From Actinomycetota bacterium (lineage in GTDB: Bacteria; Actinomycetota; Actinomycetes; S36-B12), in NCBI GenBank assembly GCA_016870195.1, contig VGCC01000007.1, positions 1,336 through 65,335 on the forward strand: a stretch of 64,000 bases of DNA, read 5' to 3'. Position numbers and translations under genes: made by a program. Below, one piece after another: positions 34,312 to 44,380 of the stretch (its first letter is position 1; every line of letters starts with the position of its first letter). The notes under the pieces were generated by a model. That model worked only from the letters and a program-made list of their open reading frames with translations. It was not told where the DNA came from and ran no database searches.

Positions 34312-37300
34312 GAGCAGCATCGGGAGCTCGGTCTCGATGCCGTGGGATCCGCCGGGTGCCGGTGCGTCGGTGACGGAAACCGCGAGGACCTCCGCGGCGA
34401 TCTCATCCCCGTGTCGCATCCACACCTCGCGCAGATCCGAATCCGAGGAGGACCACCACAGGTGGATCCGGTCCGTGATCTCAAGACCGGCGTTCTTGCG
34501 ACCCTCCTGAATCATGCGCACGAGCTCGCGGGCTAGTCCCGCGCGTCGAAGGTCGTCGGAGATCGTCAGATCCAATGCGACGCTTTCACCCGCATCGGAC
34601 GCGACGGACCAACCTTGCCGAGGAGTCTCCGTCACCACCACGTCGTCGCTCGAGACACCGACGTCGCCCATCGCCGGGACGCTGACGGTGGCCGTCCCTG
34701 CGATCCGGAGGGTTCGGACGAGATCGTGGGGATCGGCCTGGGCGATGGCCGTGGCCACGGACGGGGTGTCTGCGGCAAAGCGTTGACCCAGGGAGCGGAA
34801 GTTCGCCTTGACCTGGACGTCAACAAGGTCACCCGAGTCGTCTCGTGAGTCGACGGCCATGACATTGAGTTCCGAAGCGACCTCCGCTCGTAGGTCCGGG
34901 GGAAGCGACGACCACTCGCCGGAGGAGACCAGGGCGCGCGCGAGCGGTTGACGTGTCTTCACACCGCTCTCCGCGCGTGCGGAGCGCCCCAATTCGACAA
35001 TGCGCCGCACCGTCCGCATGTTGGCCGCGAGAGTGGGGTCGAGGCGATCGTCACGGCGTAACGGCCACGATGCGAGATGGACCGAACGTGGCGCACCCGG
35101 TTCCGAGTCGCGGAAGAGGTCCTGCCAGACGCGTTCTGTGATGAAGGGGGTGAACGGCGCCATGCACAGGGTCACCGTTCGGAGGGCTTCGTGAAGCGTC
35201 GCAAGAGCTGCCGGGTCACCGTCCCAGAATCGACGCCGACTACGCCGGACGTACCAATTTGAGAGATCGTCGACGAAGGCGGCGAGCAGCCGGCCACCGC
35301 GGGCCGTGTCGAAGTTCTCCAACGCCTCATCGACCTCGCGGCCCACGCGCTCGGATTCGGCCAAAACCCACCGGTCCATGACGGTGCGCTCGGAATCCGG
35401 GGGAGCTGGCGCGGCTGCGTCCCAGTCGGCGGCGCGAGCGTAGAGGGAGAGGAAGGAGACGGTGTTCCAGTAGGTGAGCAGTGTCTTGCGGACGACGTCG
35501 GCGATCGCCGCGTGGCCCAGACGTCGGGCCTGCCATGGTGACCCGCTAGCCAGCATGAACCAGCGGACGGCGTCGGCCCCATGCTCATCCATGAGGCCGA
35601 TCGGCTCGAGGACGTTTCCGAGGTGCTTGCTCATCTTCCGGCCGTCCTCATCGAGGATGTGCCCGAGACAGACCACGTTCTTATAGGACGAGCGGTCGAA
35701 GACCAGGGTCCCGATCGCCATCAGGGTGTAAAACCAACCGCGCGTCTGGTCGATGGCCTCGCAGATGAAGTCCGCTGGGTACTGGGCTTGGAAGTCGATC
35801 CCATCGCGGTGGGGGTATCCGACGGCCGCGAAGGGCATCGATCCGGAGTCGTACCAGCAGTCGATGACTTCGGGAACCCGTCGCGCCCTCCCCTCGCACT
35901 CGGGGCAGGGGATGACGACCTCGTCGACGAAGGGGCGGTGGGGATCGAGGTGCGCGAGGTCACGACCGGCGAGACGACCCAGCTCCGCGCGGGAGCCGAC
36001 CGGCGTGAGGTGGCCCTGCTCACACCGCCAAATGGGGAGCGGGGTACCCCAGTAGCGATTGCGGGACAGCGCCCAGTCGACGTTGTTGTTCAGCCAATCG
36101 CCGTAACGACCGTTCTTAATGGTCTCGGGGTACCAGTTGGTTCGGGCGTTCTGTTCGAGGAGAGCATCCTTGATCTGCGTCGTCTTGATGTACCAGGACG
36201 GTTGGGCGTAATACATGAGTGGTGTGTGACAGCGCCAACAGTGCGGGTAGCTGTGCTCGTATGGCTCACGACGCCACAACAGTCCTCGGGTCGAGAGAGA
36301 GTCGACGAGGGTGTCGTCCGCCTTCTTGAAGAACTCACCCCCCACCATCTCCACGTCGGGGGAAAAGTGCCCGTCCGGGCTGATCGGGTTGACCACGGGT
36401 AATCCATACGCGCGGCACGTCGCGAGATCGTCGGCACCGAAGGCCGGTGCTTGATGGACGAGTCCGGTTCCGTCGTCGGTCGTGACGTAGTCGGCGAGCA
36501 CGACGAAGTGCGCCTCGGGGATATCCACCATGTCGAAGGGACGTCGGTAGGTGAGGTGCTCGAGTTCGCGTCCGGGGAGCGTGGCGATGACGTCCGCGTC
36601 CGGTCCCACGGCCGCACCCACGAGTTCCTCCGCAACGAGAACGTGTTCGTCGCCCGACCGCACGACGGCATACGTCGCATCGGGTTTGGCTGCTACCGCG
36701 GTATTCGACACGAGTGTCCAGGGCGTCGTGGTCCACACGAGGAGCGAGAGATTCGGGTAGCGATCCGTCCACTCCGGCGCTGTGACGGGGAACTTCACAT
36801 ACACGGAGGGATCGATCACGGTCTCGTAGCCCTGCGCGAGTTCGTGGTCGGATAGCCCGGTTCCGCATCGCGGGCAGTAGGGGGCGACGCGGTGATCCTG
36901 GACGAGTAGTCCCGCGCGGAAGATCTCCGCCAATGACCACCACACGCTCTCGATGTACTCGGGATCCATCGTCCAGTAGGCGTGATCGAAGTCGACCCAG
37001 TAGCCCATGCGTCGGGTCATCTGGGTGAATTCGTCGACGTGGCGGAGCACCGACTCCCGGCATCGAGCGTTGAACTCCTCGACACCGTAGGACTCGATAT
37101 TACCCTTGCCGGTGAACCCCAACTCGCGCTCCACCGCCAACTCCACGGGAAGTCCGTGGCAATCCCAGCCAGCACGGCGTGGGACGTGATAGCCCTTCAT
37201 CGTCCGGTAGCGCGGGAAGACGTCCTTGAAGGCGCGAGCCTCCACGTGGTGGGTTCCCGGAGTCCCGTTGGCTGTGGGGGGACCCTCATAGAAGGTCCAC

Positions 37301-37419
37301 AGCGGTCGATCTGCGGTCTGCGCGACCGACTCGGCGAAGGTCCCTTCCCGGTCCCACATGTCGAGAATGTCGCGTTCCATGGCCGGCAGATCGATCTGCG
37401 CAGGCACGGACCTGTACAT
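34294..37419 (-). CDS. ileS: isoleucine--tRNA ligase (long, type-2-like form)
   Basis: ATG 37419 follows GGAGGAAGAG. Sequence MYRSVPAQIDLPAMERDILDMWD, PPTANGTPGTHHV (HIGH region) and GRKMSKHLGN (KMSKS). 1041 aa. The 1260-aa track ORF is a 5' over-extension antisense to the lysine-repeat gene. Confidence 0.95.
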   Translation of the reverse strand: MYRSVPAQIDLPAMERDILDMWDREGTFAESVAQTADRPLWTFYEGPPTANGTPGTHHVEARAFKDVFPRYRTMKGYHVPRRAGWDCHGLPVELAVERELGFTGKGNIESYGVEEFNARCRESVLRHVDEFTQMTRRMGYWVDFDHAYWTMDPEYIESVWWSLAEIFRAGLLVQDHRVAPYCPRCGTGLSDHELAQGYETVIDPSVYVKFPVTAPEWTDRYPNLSLLVWTTTPWTLVSNTAVAAKPDATYAVVRSGDEHVLVAEELVGAAVGPDADVIATLPGRELEHLTYRRPFDMVDIPEAHFVVLADYVTTDDGTGLVHQAPAFGADDLATCRAYGLPVVNPISPDGHFSPDVEMVGGEFFKKADDTLVDSLSTRGLLWRREPYEHSYPHCWRCHTPLMYYAQPSWYIKTTQIKDALLEQNARTNWYPETIKNGRYGDWLNNNVDWALSRNRYWGTPLPIWRCEQGHLTPVGSRAELGRLAGRDLAHLDPHRPFVDEVVIPCPECEGRARRVPEVIDCWYDSGSMPFAAVGYPHRDGIDFQAQYPADFICEAIDQTRGWFYTLMAIGTLVFDRSSYKNVVCLGHILDEDGRKMSKHLGNVLEPIGLMDEHGADAVRWFMLASGSPWQARRLGHAAIADVVRKTLLTYWNTVSFLSLYARAADWDAAAPAPPDSERTVMDRWVLAESERVGREVDEALENFDTARGGRLLAAFVDDLSNWYVRRSRRRFWDGDPAALATLHEALRTVTLCMAPFTPFITERVWQDLFRDSEPGAPRSVHLASWPLRRDDRLDPTLAANMRTVRRIVELGRSARAESGVKTRQPLARALVSSGEWSSLPPDLRAEVASELNVMAVDSRDDSGDLVDVQVKANFRSLGQRFAADTPSVATAIAQADPHDLVRTLRIAGTATVSVPAMGDVGVSSDDVVVTETPRQGWSVASDAGESVALDLTISDDLRRAGLARELVRMIQEGRKNAGLEITDRIHLWWSSSDSDLREVWMRHGDEIAAEVLAVSVTDAPAPGGSHGIETELPMLLSLSRR

Positions 37420-37548
37420 CTCTTCCTCCGGGAGGTGGGCGCCTCTGCAGGATATCCGTGTCCCCGCTGATCTCGGCGGGGGAAGTGCGCGGAGTTGCCG
37501 AAGGCGTCTACCATCGCGCGCACCGCGAGTCCGTTGGGAGGGGGAGGT

Positions 37549-38262
37549 ATGCCAACGGCCAAGAAGCCTGCCCCGGTGAAGAAGGCCACCCCCGTGAAGA
37601 AGGCTGCCCCGGTCAAGAAGTCCGCGCCAGCGAAGAAGGCTGCCCCGGTCAAGAAGTCCGCGCCAGCGAAGAAGTCCGCGCCGGTAAAGAAGGCTGCCCC
37701 GGTCAAGAAGGCCACGCCAGCGAAGAAGGCTGCCCCGGCGAAGAAGTCCGCGCCGGTAAAGAAGGCCGCCCCGGTCAAGAAGGCCACGCCAGCGAAGAAG
37801 GCCGCCCCGGCCACGAAGGCGGTTCCCGCGAAGAAGGCTGTGCCTGCCACGAAGGTCGTGGTGAAGAAGAAGCGGCCGGTGGTCCGGGAGGACGAGAGCC
37901 CGTGGAGTAAGGAGGAGTTGGCCACGGTGCGCAGCGCCCTGCAGTCCGAGCGCGTGCGGCTCCTTGAGGAGATCGACAGCGCCGAGGCGGGCTTGGCCGA
38001 TCTCATTCGCGATTCCGGTGAGGGTGCCGGCGACGATCAGGCCGACGCGGGGAGCAAGACTTTCGAGCGGGAGCACGAGATGTCACTCGCGAACAACGCG
38101 CGGGACATGCTGCTGCAGGTCGACCATGCGCTCGCGCGCCTCTCGGATGGCTCCTACGGCGTGTGCGAGGGCTGTGGTCGCGCGGTGGGCAAGTACCGAC
38201 TCCAGGCCTTTCCGCGGGCCACTCTGTGTCTCAGCTGCAAGGAGGCGGAAGAACGCTTCTGA
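37549..38262 (+). CDS. DksA/TraR C4 zinc-finger protein with N-terminal histone-H1-like KKxxPx repeat domain
   Basis: ATG 37549 follows GGGAGGGGGAGG. About 16 hexapeptide KK(A/S/P)(A/T)P(V/A) units, then a DksA-like coiled coil and CEGCGRAVGKYRLQAFPRATLCLSCK (CxxC-N17-CxxC). Confidence 0.85.
   Translation: MPTAKKPAPVKKATPVKKAAPVKKSAPAKKAAPVKKSAPAKKSAPVKKAAPVKKATPAKKAAPAKKSAPVKKAAPVKKATPAKKAAPATKAVPAKKAVPATKVVVKKKRPVVREDESPWSKEELATVRSALQSERVRLLEEIDSAEAGLADLIRDSGEGAGDDQADAGSKTFEREHEMSLANNARDMLLQVDHALARLSDGSYGVCEGCGRAVGKYRLQAFPRATLCLSCKEAEERF
37561..37848 (+). repeat. in-frame 18-nt tandem repeat array (16 units) with a 72-nt higher-order duplication
   Basis: Units begin at 37561 and recur every 18 nt. 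Positions 37669-37738 and 37741-37810 are 68/70 identical, differing only at two synonymous t/c sites. Confidence 0.85.
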
Positions 38263-38302
38263 CGGCGAAGTCGCTGTCGGGTGCCCGAAGACTCGGGGCC
38301 CG

Positions 38303-38317
38303 TAGAGTCAAGGCGTG
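38303..38317 (+). promoter_or_regulatory. candidate -10 TAGAGT 6 nt upstream of the lspA GTG (leaderless-type arrangement)
   Basis: TAGAGT at 38303-38308, caaggc, then GTG at 38315. There is no properly spaced SD. Confidence 0.3.
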
Positions 38318-38845
38318 AGTGAGAGCAGCACGGTCGTTCCCGCGCGGCGCACGGTCGGACTCGTCTTCGAAGTGGCATTCGGGGTGATCGTCTTCGACCA
38401 ACTCACCAAGTTCTGGGCGCAACAGGTGCTCCTTCCTCGGATCCTCGCCGGCGAAGGGCCGATCGAAGTGCTCGGCTCCCTGCTTCGCTTCACCTACGCC
38501 GAGAACACGGGGGCGGCCTTCAGTCTCGGAACGGGCTACACCTGGGTCTTCACCCTGATCGCCTGCGTTGTCGTGGTCGTCATCATCCGAGTGTCCCGGC
38601 AACTTGGGAGCGTCGCCTGGGCCATTGCGCTCGGCGGGTTGCTGGGCGGTGCCGTCGGTAACCTCATCGATCGACTCTTCCGTGCACCCGGGGTCGGGCG
38701 AGGTTTCGTGGTGGACTTCATCCAGGTGCCGTACTGGCCCATCTTCAACGTCGCCGATTCCTTTGTCGTGTGTTGCGCGATCGCCATGGTGATCCTGTCG
38801 TGGCGCGGGGTACCACTCGGCGGGCGAGCGGGGTCTGGTGGCTGA
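38315..38845 (+). CDS. lspA: lipoprotein signal peptidase II
   Basis: 176 aa, 4 TM segments. Motifs [15 protein letters not shown] and FNVADSFV. Confidence 0.9.
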   Translation: MSESSTVVPARRTVGLVFEVAFGVIVFDQLTKFWAQQVLLPRILAGEGPIEVLGSLLRFTYAENTGAAFSLGTGYTWVFTLIACVVVVVIIRVSRQLGSVAWAIALGGLLGGAVGNLIDRLFRAPGVGRGFVVDFIQVPYWPIFNVADSFVVCCAIAMVILSWRGVPLGGRAGSGG

Positions 38846-39764
38846 GCGCGAACTTCCCATCCCGGAAGGGTTGGTGGGCGAGCGCATGGATGTCGCGCTG
38901 ACGCGCATGCTCGGACTGACCCGGACGAAGGCGGCAGCCCTGGTGGATTCCGGGGCGGTCACTGTCAATGGAGTCCGGGCGGGCAAGTCCGATCGCCTTC
39001 CCGAGGGTGGTGTGATCGGAGTCGATACTCCGGAGGTCGAGCGCGCACCCGAACCGATCGCCGATCTCCGGGTCGTCTACGACGACGATGACATCATCAT
39101 CGTTGACAAGCCGGTGGGCGTAGCCGCGCACCCGAGTCCCGGCTGGTCCGGTCCCACCGTGATCGGCAGCCTCGCGGCGGCCGGGTATTCGGTCAGTGGT
39201 CTCGGGGCCGCAGAGCGCCAGGGTGTCGTGCACCGACTCGACGTAGGCACCAGCGGGTTGATGGTGGTGGCGAAGAGTGCCCGGGCGTACACAGGCCTCA
39301 AGCACCAGTTCCGGGAACGTACGGTGGACAAGGAGTACCACGCGGTGGTGCAGGGGCACTTGGACCCGCTCGCCGGCACGATCGACGCACCCGTCGGGCG
39401 TCACCCGCAGGCCGATTATCGCTTCGCCGTGGTCTCGGATGGTCGACCGAGCGTCACGCACTACTCGACGCTCGAAGCGTTCCCGCACGCCAGCCTGGTC
39501 GATGTGCACCTCGAGACAGGACGCACACACCAGATCCGCGTCCATATGTCCGCGATGCGTCACCCCTGCGTCGGAGACCTCACGTATGGAGCAGACCCGA
39601 CACTGGCGAGGCGTCTGGGACTGACGAGACAGTGGCTGCACGCGACCCGACTCGCCTTCGATCACCCGGGAACGGGGGAGCGCGTCGAGATCCACAGCGA
39701 CTACCCGCCGGATCTCGCGATCGCCCTGGAGCGTCTCCGGGTGGGGGCTCCGAACCCGACATAG
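38838..39764 (+). CDS. rluD: RluA/RluD family 23S rRNA pseudouridine synthase
   Basis: 308 aa. S4-like N terminus, catalytic [15 protein letters not shown] and GRTHQIRVH. Confidence 0.9.
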   Translation: MAERELPIPEGLVGERMDVALTRMLGLTRTKAAALVDSGAVTVNGVRAGKSDRLPEGGVIGVDTPEVERAPEPIADLRVVYDDDDIIIVDKPVGVAAHPSPGWSGPTVIGSLAAAGYSVSGLGAAERQGVVHRLDVGTSGLMVVAKSARAYTGLKHQFRERTVDKEYHAVVQGHLDPLAGTIDAPVGRHPQADYRFAVVSDGRPSVTHYSTLEAFPHASLVDVHLETGRTHQIRVHMSAMRHPCVGDLTYGADPTLARRLGLTRQWLHATRLAFDHPGTGERVEIHSDYPPDLAIALERLRVGAPNPT

Positions 39765-39811
39765 GGTTGGCCAATGCCCCCATGCCTCGGTCACCACCCC
39801 GGGGGAATCCT

Positions 39812-42800
39812 GTGAGTACGTCCGACGGGGACTTCGTCCACCTCCACGTGCACACCGAGTACTCGATGCTCGACGGCGCTGCGCGACTGCCGGATCTGAT
39901 GCAGCAGGCGGCGGACATGGGAATGCCTGCGATCGCGATGACCGATCACGGCAACCTGTATGGCGCCTACGACTTCTACAAGGCCGCACACGCTGCCGGG
40001 GTGAAACCGATCATCGGACTCGAGGGTTACTACGCGCCGCAGGGACGATTCGAGCGCCGACCTTTCGATTTCGGCGGAGGATTCGACGAGGGCACTCCCG
40101 AAGATCCGGGGGCGGGTCGCGGGAAATTCAGCTACACCCACATGACACTGTGGGCGGAGTCCACCGAGGGTATGCACAACCTCTTCCGCCTGTCCTCACT
40201 TGCGAGCCTGGAGGGGCAGTACCACAAGCCGCGGTTCGACCGGGACCTGATGGAGCGCTACGCCGGAGGGTTGATCGGAACAACCGGATGCCCGAGTGGT
40301 GAGGTGAACAGGTGGCTCCAGGCGGGTGAGTTCGACAAGGCGCGCGCCGCCGCCGCCGACATGCGCGACATCCTCGGCCCGGGCAATTACTTCTGCGAGT
40401 TGATGGATCACGGACTCGGCATCGAACGGCGGTTCCGCGAGGACCTGCTGCGTATCGCGCGCGAGCTGAACCTCCCGCTCGTCGCCACGAACGATGTCCA
40501 TTACGTGCACGCCGGCGATGCGGAAACCCACGATGTCCTCCTCTGCATCGGTACGCGCACGACCATGGATGATCCGCGCAGGTTCCGATTCGATGCCCGT
40601 GACTTCTACGTCAAGACCGCAGGTGAGATGCGTGCTGTGTGGAAGGAACTCCCGGAGGCGTGCGATTCGACACTGCTCATCGCAGAACGCTGTGAGGTGT
40701 CTTTCGCGGAAGGAGCCAATCTCCTCCCGCGGTTCCCAGTGCCGGCAGGGGAGTCGGAGGACTCCTGGCTAGTCGCAGAGGTCCAACGCGGACTGGTCCG
40801 CCGTTATGGAAACCCAGTTCCCGATCACGTGCAGCAGCAGGCGAACTACGAAGTCGGTGTCGTCGCACAGATGGGGTTCCCGGGCTACTTCCTCGTCGTC
40901 GCGGACCTGGTGCGCTACGCCAAGGAGAACGGCATCCGCGTGGGCCCCGGGCGTGGTTCCGCCGCGGGGGCGATGATCGCCTACGCACTCGGCATCACCG
41001 ACCTCGATCCGATCGCGCACGGGCTCCTTTTCGAGCGGTTCCTCAATCCCGAGCGCATCTCCATGCCGGACATCGACATCGATTTCGATGAGCGTCGTCG
41101 AGGGGACATGATCCGCTACGCCACCGAGAAGTACGGCGAGGAGCGAGTTGCGCAGATCGTCACCTACGGATCCATCAAAGCCAAGGCCGCGATCAAGGAC
41201 AGTGCGCGGGTGCTGGGCAAGCCGTATGCCCTAGGCGACAAGATCACAAAATCGATGCCGCCGTCGGTCATGGGCAAGGACATCTCGCTCGCCGGTGTGT
41301 TCGACCCCACCGATGGCCGTTACGGCGAAGCTGCTGAGTTCCGGGCGCTCTACGAATCCGATAGCGATGCCCGTGCTGTCATCGACACTGCCCGCGGACT
41401 GGAGGGCCTCAAGCGCCAACCCGGGGTGCACGCAGCCGGAGTGATCCTGTGCCGCGAACCCCTCCTCGACGTCATCCCGGTGTGGCGGCGTGAGCAGGAC
41501 GGCGCCGTCATCACGCAGTTCGACATGGGTGCCTGTGAAGCCCTGGGCCTGCTGAAGATGGACTTCCTCGGCCTGCGCAACTTGACGGTGCTCGACGACT
41601 GCCTCCGACACATCGAAGCCTCGGGGACCACCCTGGTCTTGGAGGACTTGACCCTCGACGACACCCCGACGTACGCGTTACTTGCCCGGGGCGACACCCT
41701 CGGCGTCTTCCAACTCGACGGTGGGCCGATGCGGTCACTCCTGCGGTCGATGCAACCGGACTCCTTCGAGGACATCTCGGCGGTCCTTGCCCTCTATCGC
41801 CCTGGACCGATGGGGGCGAATGCCCACAACGAATACGCCGACCGGAAGAACGGGCGCAAACCCGTCGTCCCGATCCACCCGGAGTTGGAAGAGCCGCTCG
41901 CGGAGATCCTGGGCGACACATACGGGTTGATCGTCTACCAGGAGCAGGTCATGGCGATCGCGCAGAAGGTCGCGGGGTATTCACTTGGCAAAGCGGACCT
42001 CCTGCGACGCGCCATGGGCAAGAAGAAGAAGGAGGTCCTGAAGAAGGAGTTCGTCCCCTTCCGCGACGGCATGCGGGAGCGCGGTTATTCCGAGGCGGCG
42101 ATCGAAACCCTCTGGGAGATCCTCGTTCCCTTCTCGGACTACGCTTTCAACAAGGCGCACACGGCGGGGTACGGCATGTTGTCGTACTGGACCGCATATC
42201 TCAAAGCGAATTATCCGGCGGAGTACATGGCTGCGCTGCTGTCCTCCGTCAAGGACGACAAGGACAAGTCCGCGGTGTATCTCAACGAGTGCCGTCGGAT
42301 GGGGATCAAGGTGCTCCCTCCCGACGTTAACGACTCCGATGCTGAGTTCACTCCGTCCGGGAGTGATGTCCGCTTCGGATTGTCCGCGGTGCGCAACGTC
42401 GGAGCCAACGTTGTCGAATCCATCGTCGCCACGCGTCGGCGTGAAGGACGCTTCCAAGACTTCGGGGATTTTATCGCGAAGGTTGATTCCTCGGTGTGCA
42501 ACAAGCGAACCGTGGAGTCGCTCATCAAGGCGGGGGCCTTTGATGCGCTCGGCCATACCCGACGTGGGCTCATCTCGGTGCACGAGCACGTGATCGATTC
42601 CGCGATCGAGATCAAGCGTGCCGAGGCGATCGGCCAGTTCGACCTCTTTGGCGGACTCGGGTCGAGCGAGGAAGCCGCCGTCGGCGACATCGTGGAGATC
42701 CCGCTCGGGGAGTGGGATAAGGCCACCTTGCTCGCCCACGAGCGGGAGATGCTCGGGCTCTATGTCTCCGATCATCCGCTCAACGGGCTCGAGACCCTGC

Positions 42801-43345
42801 TCGCCATGTCCACCGAGCGCAGCATCGCCTCGATCCTGATGGACGAGCGCGCGGACTTGATCGTCACGATCGGTGGCTTGGTCACCTCAGTGCAACGCAA
42901 GACGACCAAGAAGGGTTCGGCCTGGGCGATCGTTACGCTCGAGGATCTCGAGGGTTCGCTCGATGTCATGGTGTTCCCGCAGACGTATGCGGCAGCTGGG
43001 GTGCACCTGGTCGAGGACGCGGTCCTGCTATGTCGGGTTCGCATAGACGACGATGACGATGGTCTGCGCACCGTGGCCTTGGAAGTCTCGCCCCTCGACG
43101 TCAGCGACGCCCCCGTGGGTCCAGTGCGCGTATTCATGGCGGCGTCGCGGTGTGTCCCCCCGATGGTGAATCGGCTCAAGGAGGTCCTCGCGGACCATCC
43201 CGGGGCTACCGAGGTCCACCTCCTCCTTACCGGGGGTGCCCGCACAACTGTCCTTCGCCTCGACGATGCCCTGCGCGTGACGCCGAGCCCCTCGCTGTTC
43301 GCGGACCTCAAGGCCCTGCTCGGCCCGGGGTGCCTGTCCGGATAG
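39812..43345 (+). CDS. dnaE: replicative DNA polymerase III alpha subunit DnaE1
   Basis: GTG 39812 follows GGGGGA; ATG 39782 is an alternative start. Intact PHP motif FVHLHVHTEYSMLDG and palm motif MPDIDIDFDERRR. 1177 aa. Confidence 0.95.
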   Translation: MSTSDGDFVHLHVHTEYSMLDGAARLPDLMQQAADMGMPAIAMTDHGNLYGAYDFYKAAHAAGVKPIIGLEGYYAPQGRFERRPFDFGGGFDEGTPEDPGAGRGKFSYTHMTLWAESTEGMHNLFRLSSLASLEGQYHKPRFDRDLMERYAGGLIGTTGCPSGEVNRWLQAGEFDKARAAAADMRDILGPGNYFCELMDHGLGIERRFREDLLRIARELNLPLVATNDVHYVHAGDAETHDVLLCIGTRTTMDDPRRFRFDARDFYVKTAGEMRAVWKELPEACDSTLLIAERCEVSFAEGANLLPRFPVPAGESEDSWLVAEVQRGLVRRYGNPVPDHVQQQANYEVGVVAQMGFPGYFLVVADLVRYAKENGIRVGPGRGSAAGAMIAYALGITDLDPIAHGLLFERFLNPERISMPDIDIDFDERRRGDMIRYATEKYGEERVAQIVTYGSIKAKAAIKDSARVLGKPYALGDKITKSMPPSVMGKDISLAGVFDPTDGRYGEAAEFRALYESDSDARAVIDTARGLEGLKRQPGVHAAGVILCREPLLDVIPVWRREQDGAVITQFDMGACEALGLLKMDFLGLRNLTVLDDCLRHIEASGTTLVLEDLTLDDTPTYALLARGDTLGVFQLDGGPMRSLLRSMQPDSFEDISAVLALYRPGPMGANAHNEYADRKNGRKPVVPIHPELEEPLAEILGDTYGLIVYQEQVMAIAQKVAGYSLGKADLLRRAMGKKKKEVLKKEFVPFRDGMRERGYSEAAIETLWEILVPFSDYAFNKAHTAGYGMLSYWTAYLKANYPAEYMAALLSSVKDDKDKSAVYLNECRRMGIKVLPPDVNDSDAEFTPSGSDVRFGLSAVRNVGANVVESIVATRRREGRFQDFGDFIAKVDSSVCNKRTVESLIKAGAFDALGHTRRGLISVHEHVIDSAIEIKRAEAIGQFDLFGGLGSSEEAAVGDIVEIPLGEWDKATLLAHEREMLGLYVSDHPLNGLETLLAMSTERSIASILMDERADLIVTIGGLVTSVQRKTTKKGSAWAIVTLEDLEGSLDVMVFPQTYAAAGVHLVEDAVLLCRVRIDDDDDGLRTVALEVSPLDVSDAPVGPVRVFMAASRCVPPMVNRLKEVLADHPGATEVHLLLTGGARTTVLRLDDALRVTPSPSLFADLKALLGPGCLSG

Positions 43346-43364
43346 GGCCGGGCAGAATCGAGCC

Positions 43365-43859
43365 ATGGCAGCCACAGACGACACCGTCTTCGACCTGACG
43401 TTCACTCGCAACGATGGCGAGGAGGTGGACCTGCAGGAGTTCGCAGGTCGCCCGATCCTGGTTGTCAACACCGCGAGCAGGTGCGGATTCACACCGCAGT
43501 ACGAGGGTTTGCAGAAGTTGTACGACGAGTTCAAGGACCAAGGTCTGACCGTCATCGGCTTTCCCTGCGACCAATTTGCGCATCAGGAGCCGGGTGATGA
43601 CGAGGCCATCGCTTCCTTCTGCTCGCGCACGTACGGGGTGACCTTCCCGCTCTCGACGAAGGTCGACGTGAATGGCCCTAAGGCACACCCGATATTCCGG
43701 TATCTGAAGTCGCGAGCAGGTGGGGTGCTCGGATCCTCAATCAAGTGGAACTTCACCAAGTTCCTGGTCTCACCCGATGGGCGCTCGGTGAAGAGGTACG
43801 CGCCGAATACATCTCCCGCAACGATGGAAGCGGACATCCGGCGAGCCCTGGCCTCATGA
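43365..43859 (+). CDS. glutathione peroxidase family thiol peroxidase
   Basis: 164 aa. Motifs VVNTASRCGFTPQYEGLQKLY, GFPCDQF and KWNFTKFLV. Confidence 0.9.
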   Translation: MAATDDTVFDLTFTRNDGEEVDLQEFAGRPILVVNTASRCGFTPQYEGLQKLYDEFKDQGLTVIGFPCDQFAHQEPGDDEAIASFCSRTYGVTFPLSTKVDVNGPKAHPIFRYLKSRAGGVLGSSIKWNFTKFLVSPDGRSVKRYAPNTSPATMEADIRRALAS

Positions 43860-44380
43860 GCGTGCAACGGCGCGCCACCTATGTGGTGGCCGCCGGCCTG
43901 GTCTTCGGGCTGGTGGTCGGAGCGAGTCTCGGGGTGCTGTGGTGGCGTCTTGTCCCGCGCGTGCCCCTCGTCATCCGCCCCGAGGGTTCGGTGCCGCAGG
44001 GGTTCCAGCCCGAGGGTTATGCAGCCTCCGACGTCGTGTTCGCTCTCCTCGGACTGGCCGCAGGGGTCGCAGTGACGATCGGCCTTGCGCGAATGCGGCG
44101 GGAACACCTGCTTTCGGTGCTCGCAGCCGCTCTCCTCGCGTCCGCGGTGGGTACGTCGGCAATGTGGTGGGTCGGGTCACGACTCGGTTCAGTCGACATC
44201 GCAGGACTCGTCGCCACCACGGAGACGGAGATGGTGGTCGACGGGCCCCTCCAGGTGACCCTCCCCGCGGCGTATCTCACCTGGGCCCTGGGTGCGGCTG
44301 CGGTGGTGACGATCCTGGCGCTGGCGGATGTCATGCACGCGCGCTGGACTGTGCGATCTGGGCGGTCAAAGCCCCGGTGA
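43856..44380 (+). CDS. hypothetical 4-TM membrane protein
   Basis: ATG 43856 overlaps the gpx stop (ATGA). Four hydrophobic segments. The last 50 nt overlap convergent ybaK. Confidence 0.5.
   Translation: MSVQRRATYVVAAGLVFGLVVGASLGVLWWRLVPRVPLVIRPEGSVPQGFQPEGYAASDVVFALLGLAAGVAVTIGLARMRREHLLSVLAAALLASAVGTSAMWWVGSRLGSVDIAGLVATTETEMVVDGPLQVTLPAAYLTWALGAAAVVTILALADVMHARWTVRSGRSKPR

Noticed and set aside
37420-37548. Possible T-box riboswitch in the ileS leader. On the minus strand there is a 6-bp hairpin whose loop shows AUC-A (plus-strand coordinates 37462-37481). There is also a 7-bp helix (37485-37523) whose loop contains UGGU.
   Set aside because: Actinobacterial ileS genes are known to use T-boxes. 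Here, however, the canonical GGUGGUACCGCG T-box sequence is absent. The UGGU element lies 5' of the AUC hairpin, which is the wrong order. Only about 129 nt are available before the divergent gene. An Rfam RF00230 cmscan would settle it.
37561-37848. A regular 18-nt periodic repeat that could look like a CRISPR-like or minisatellite array.
   Set aside because: There are no unique spacers, the repeat is in frame within a CDS and encodes a hexapeptide, and no cas genes are present.
37197-38006. A 269-aa minus-strand ORF with FFAGAAFF repeats.
   Set aside because: It is the mirror image of the KKxxPx repeat on the plus strand and also overlaps the real ileS 5' end. The plus-strand gene has a strong SD and a DksA zinc finger.
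38275-38308. TGTCGGGTG upstream of lspA, resembling the RecA-NDp motif.
   Set aside because: It has an extra G relative to TGTCRGTG, and it lies 19 nt rather than 8 nt from the TAGAGT hexamer.
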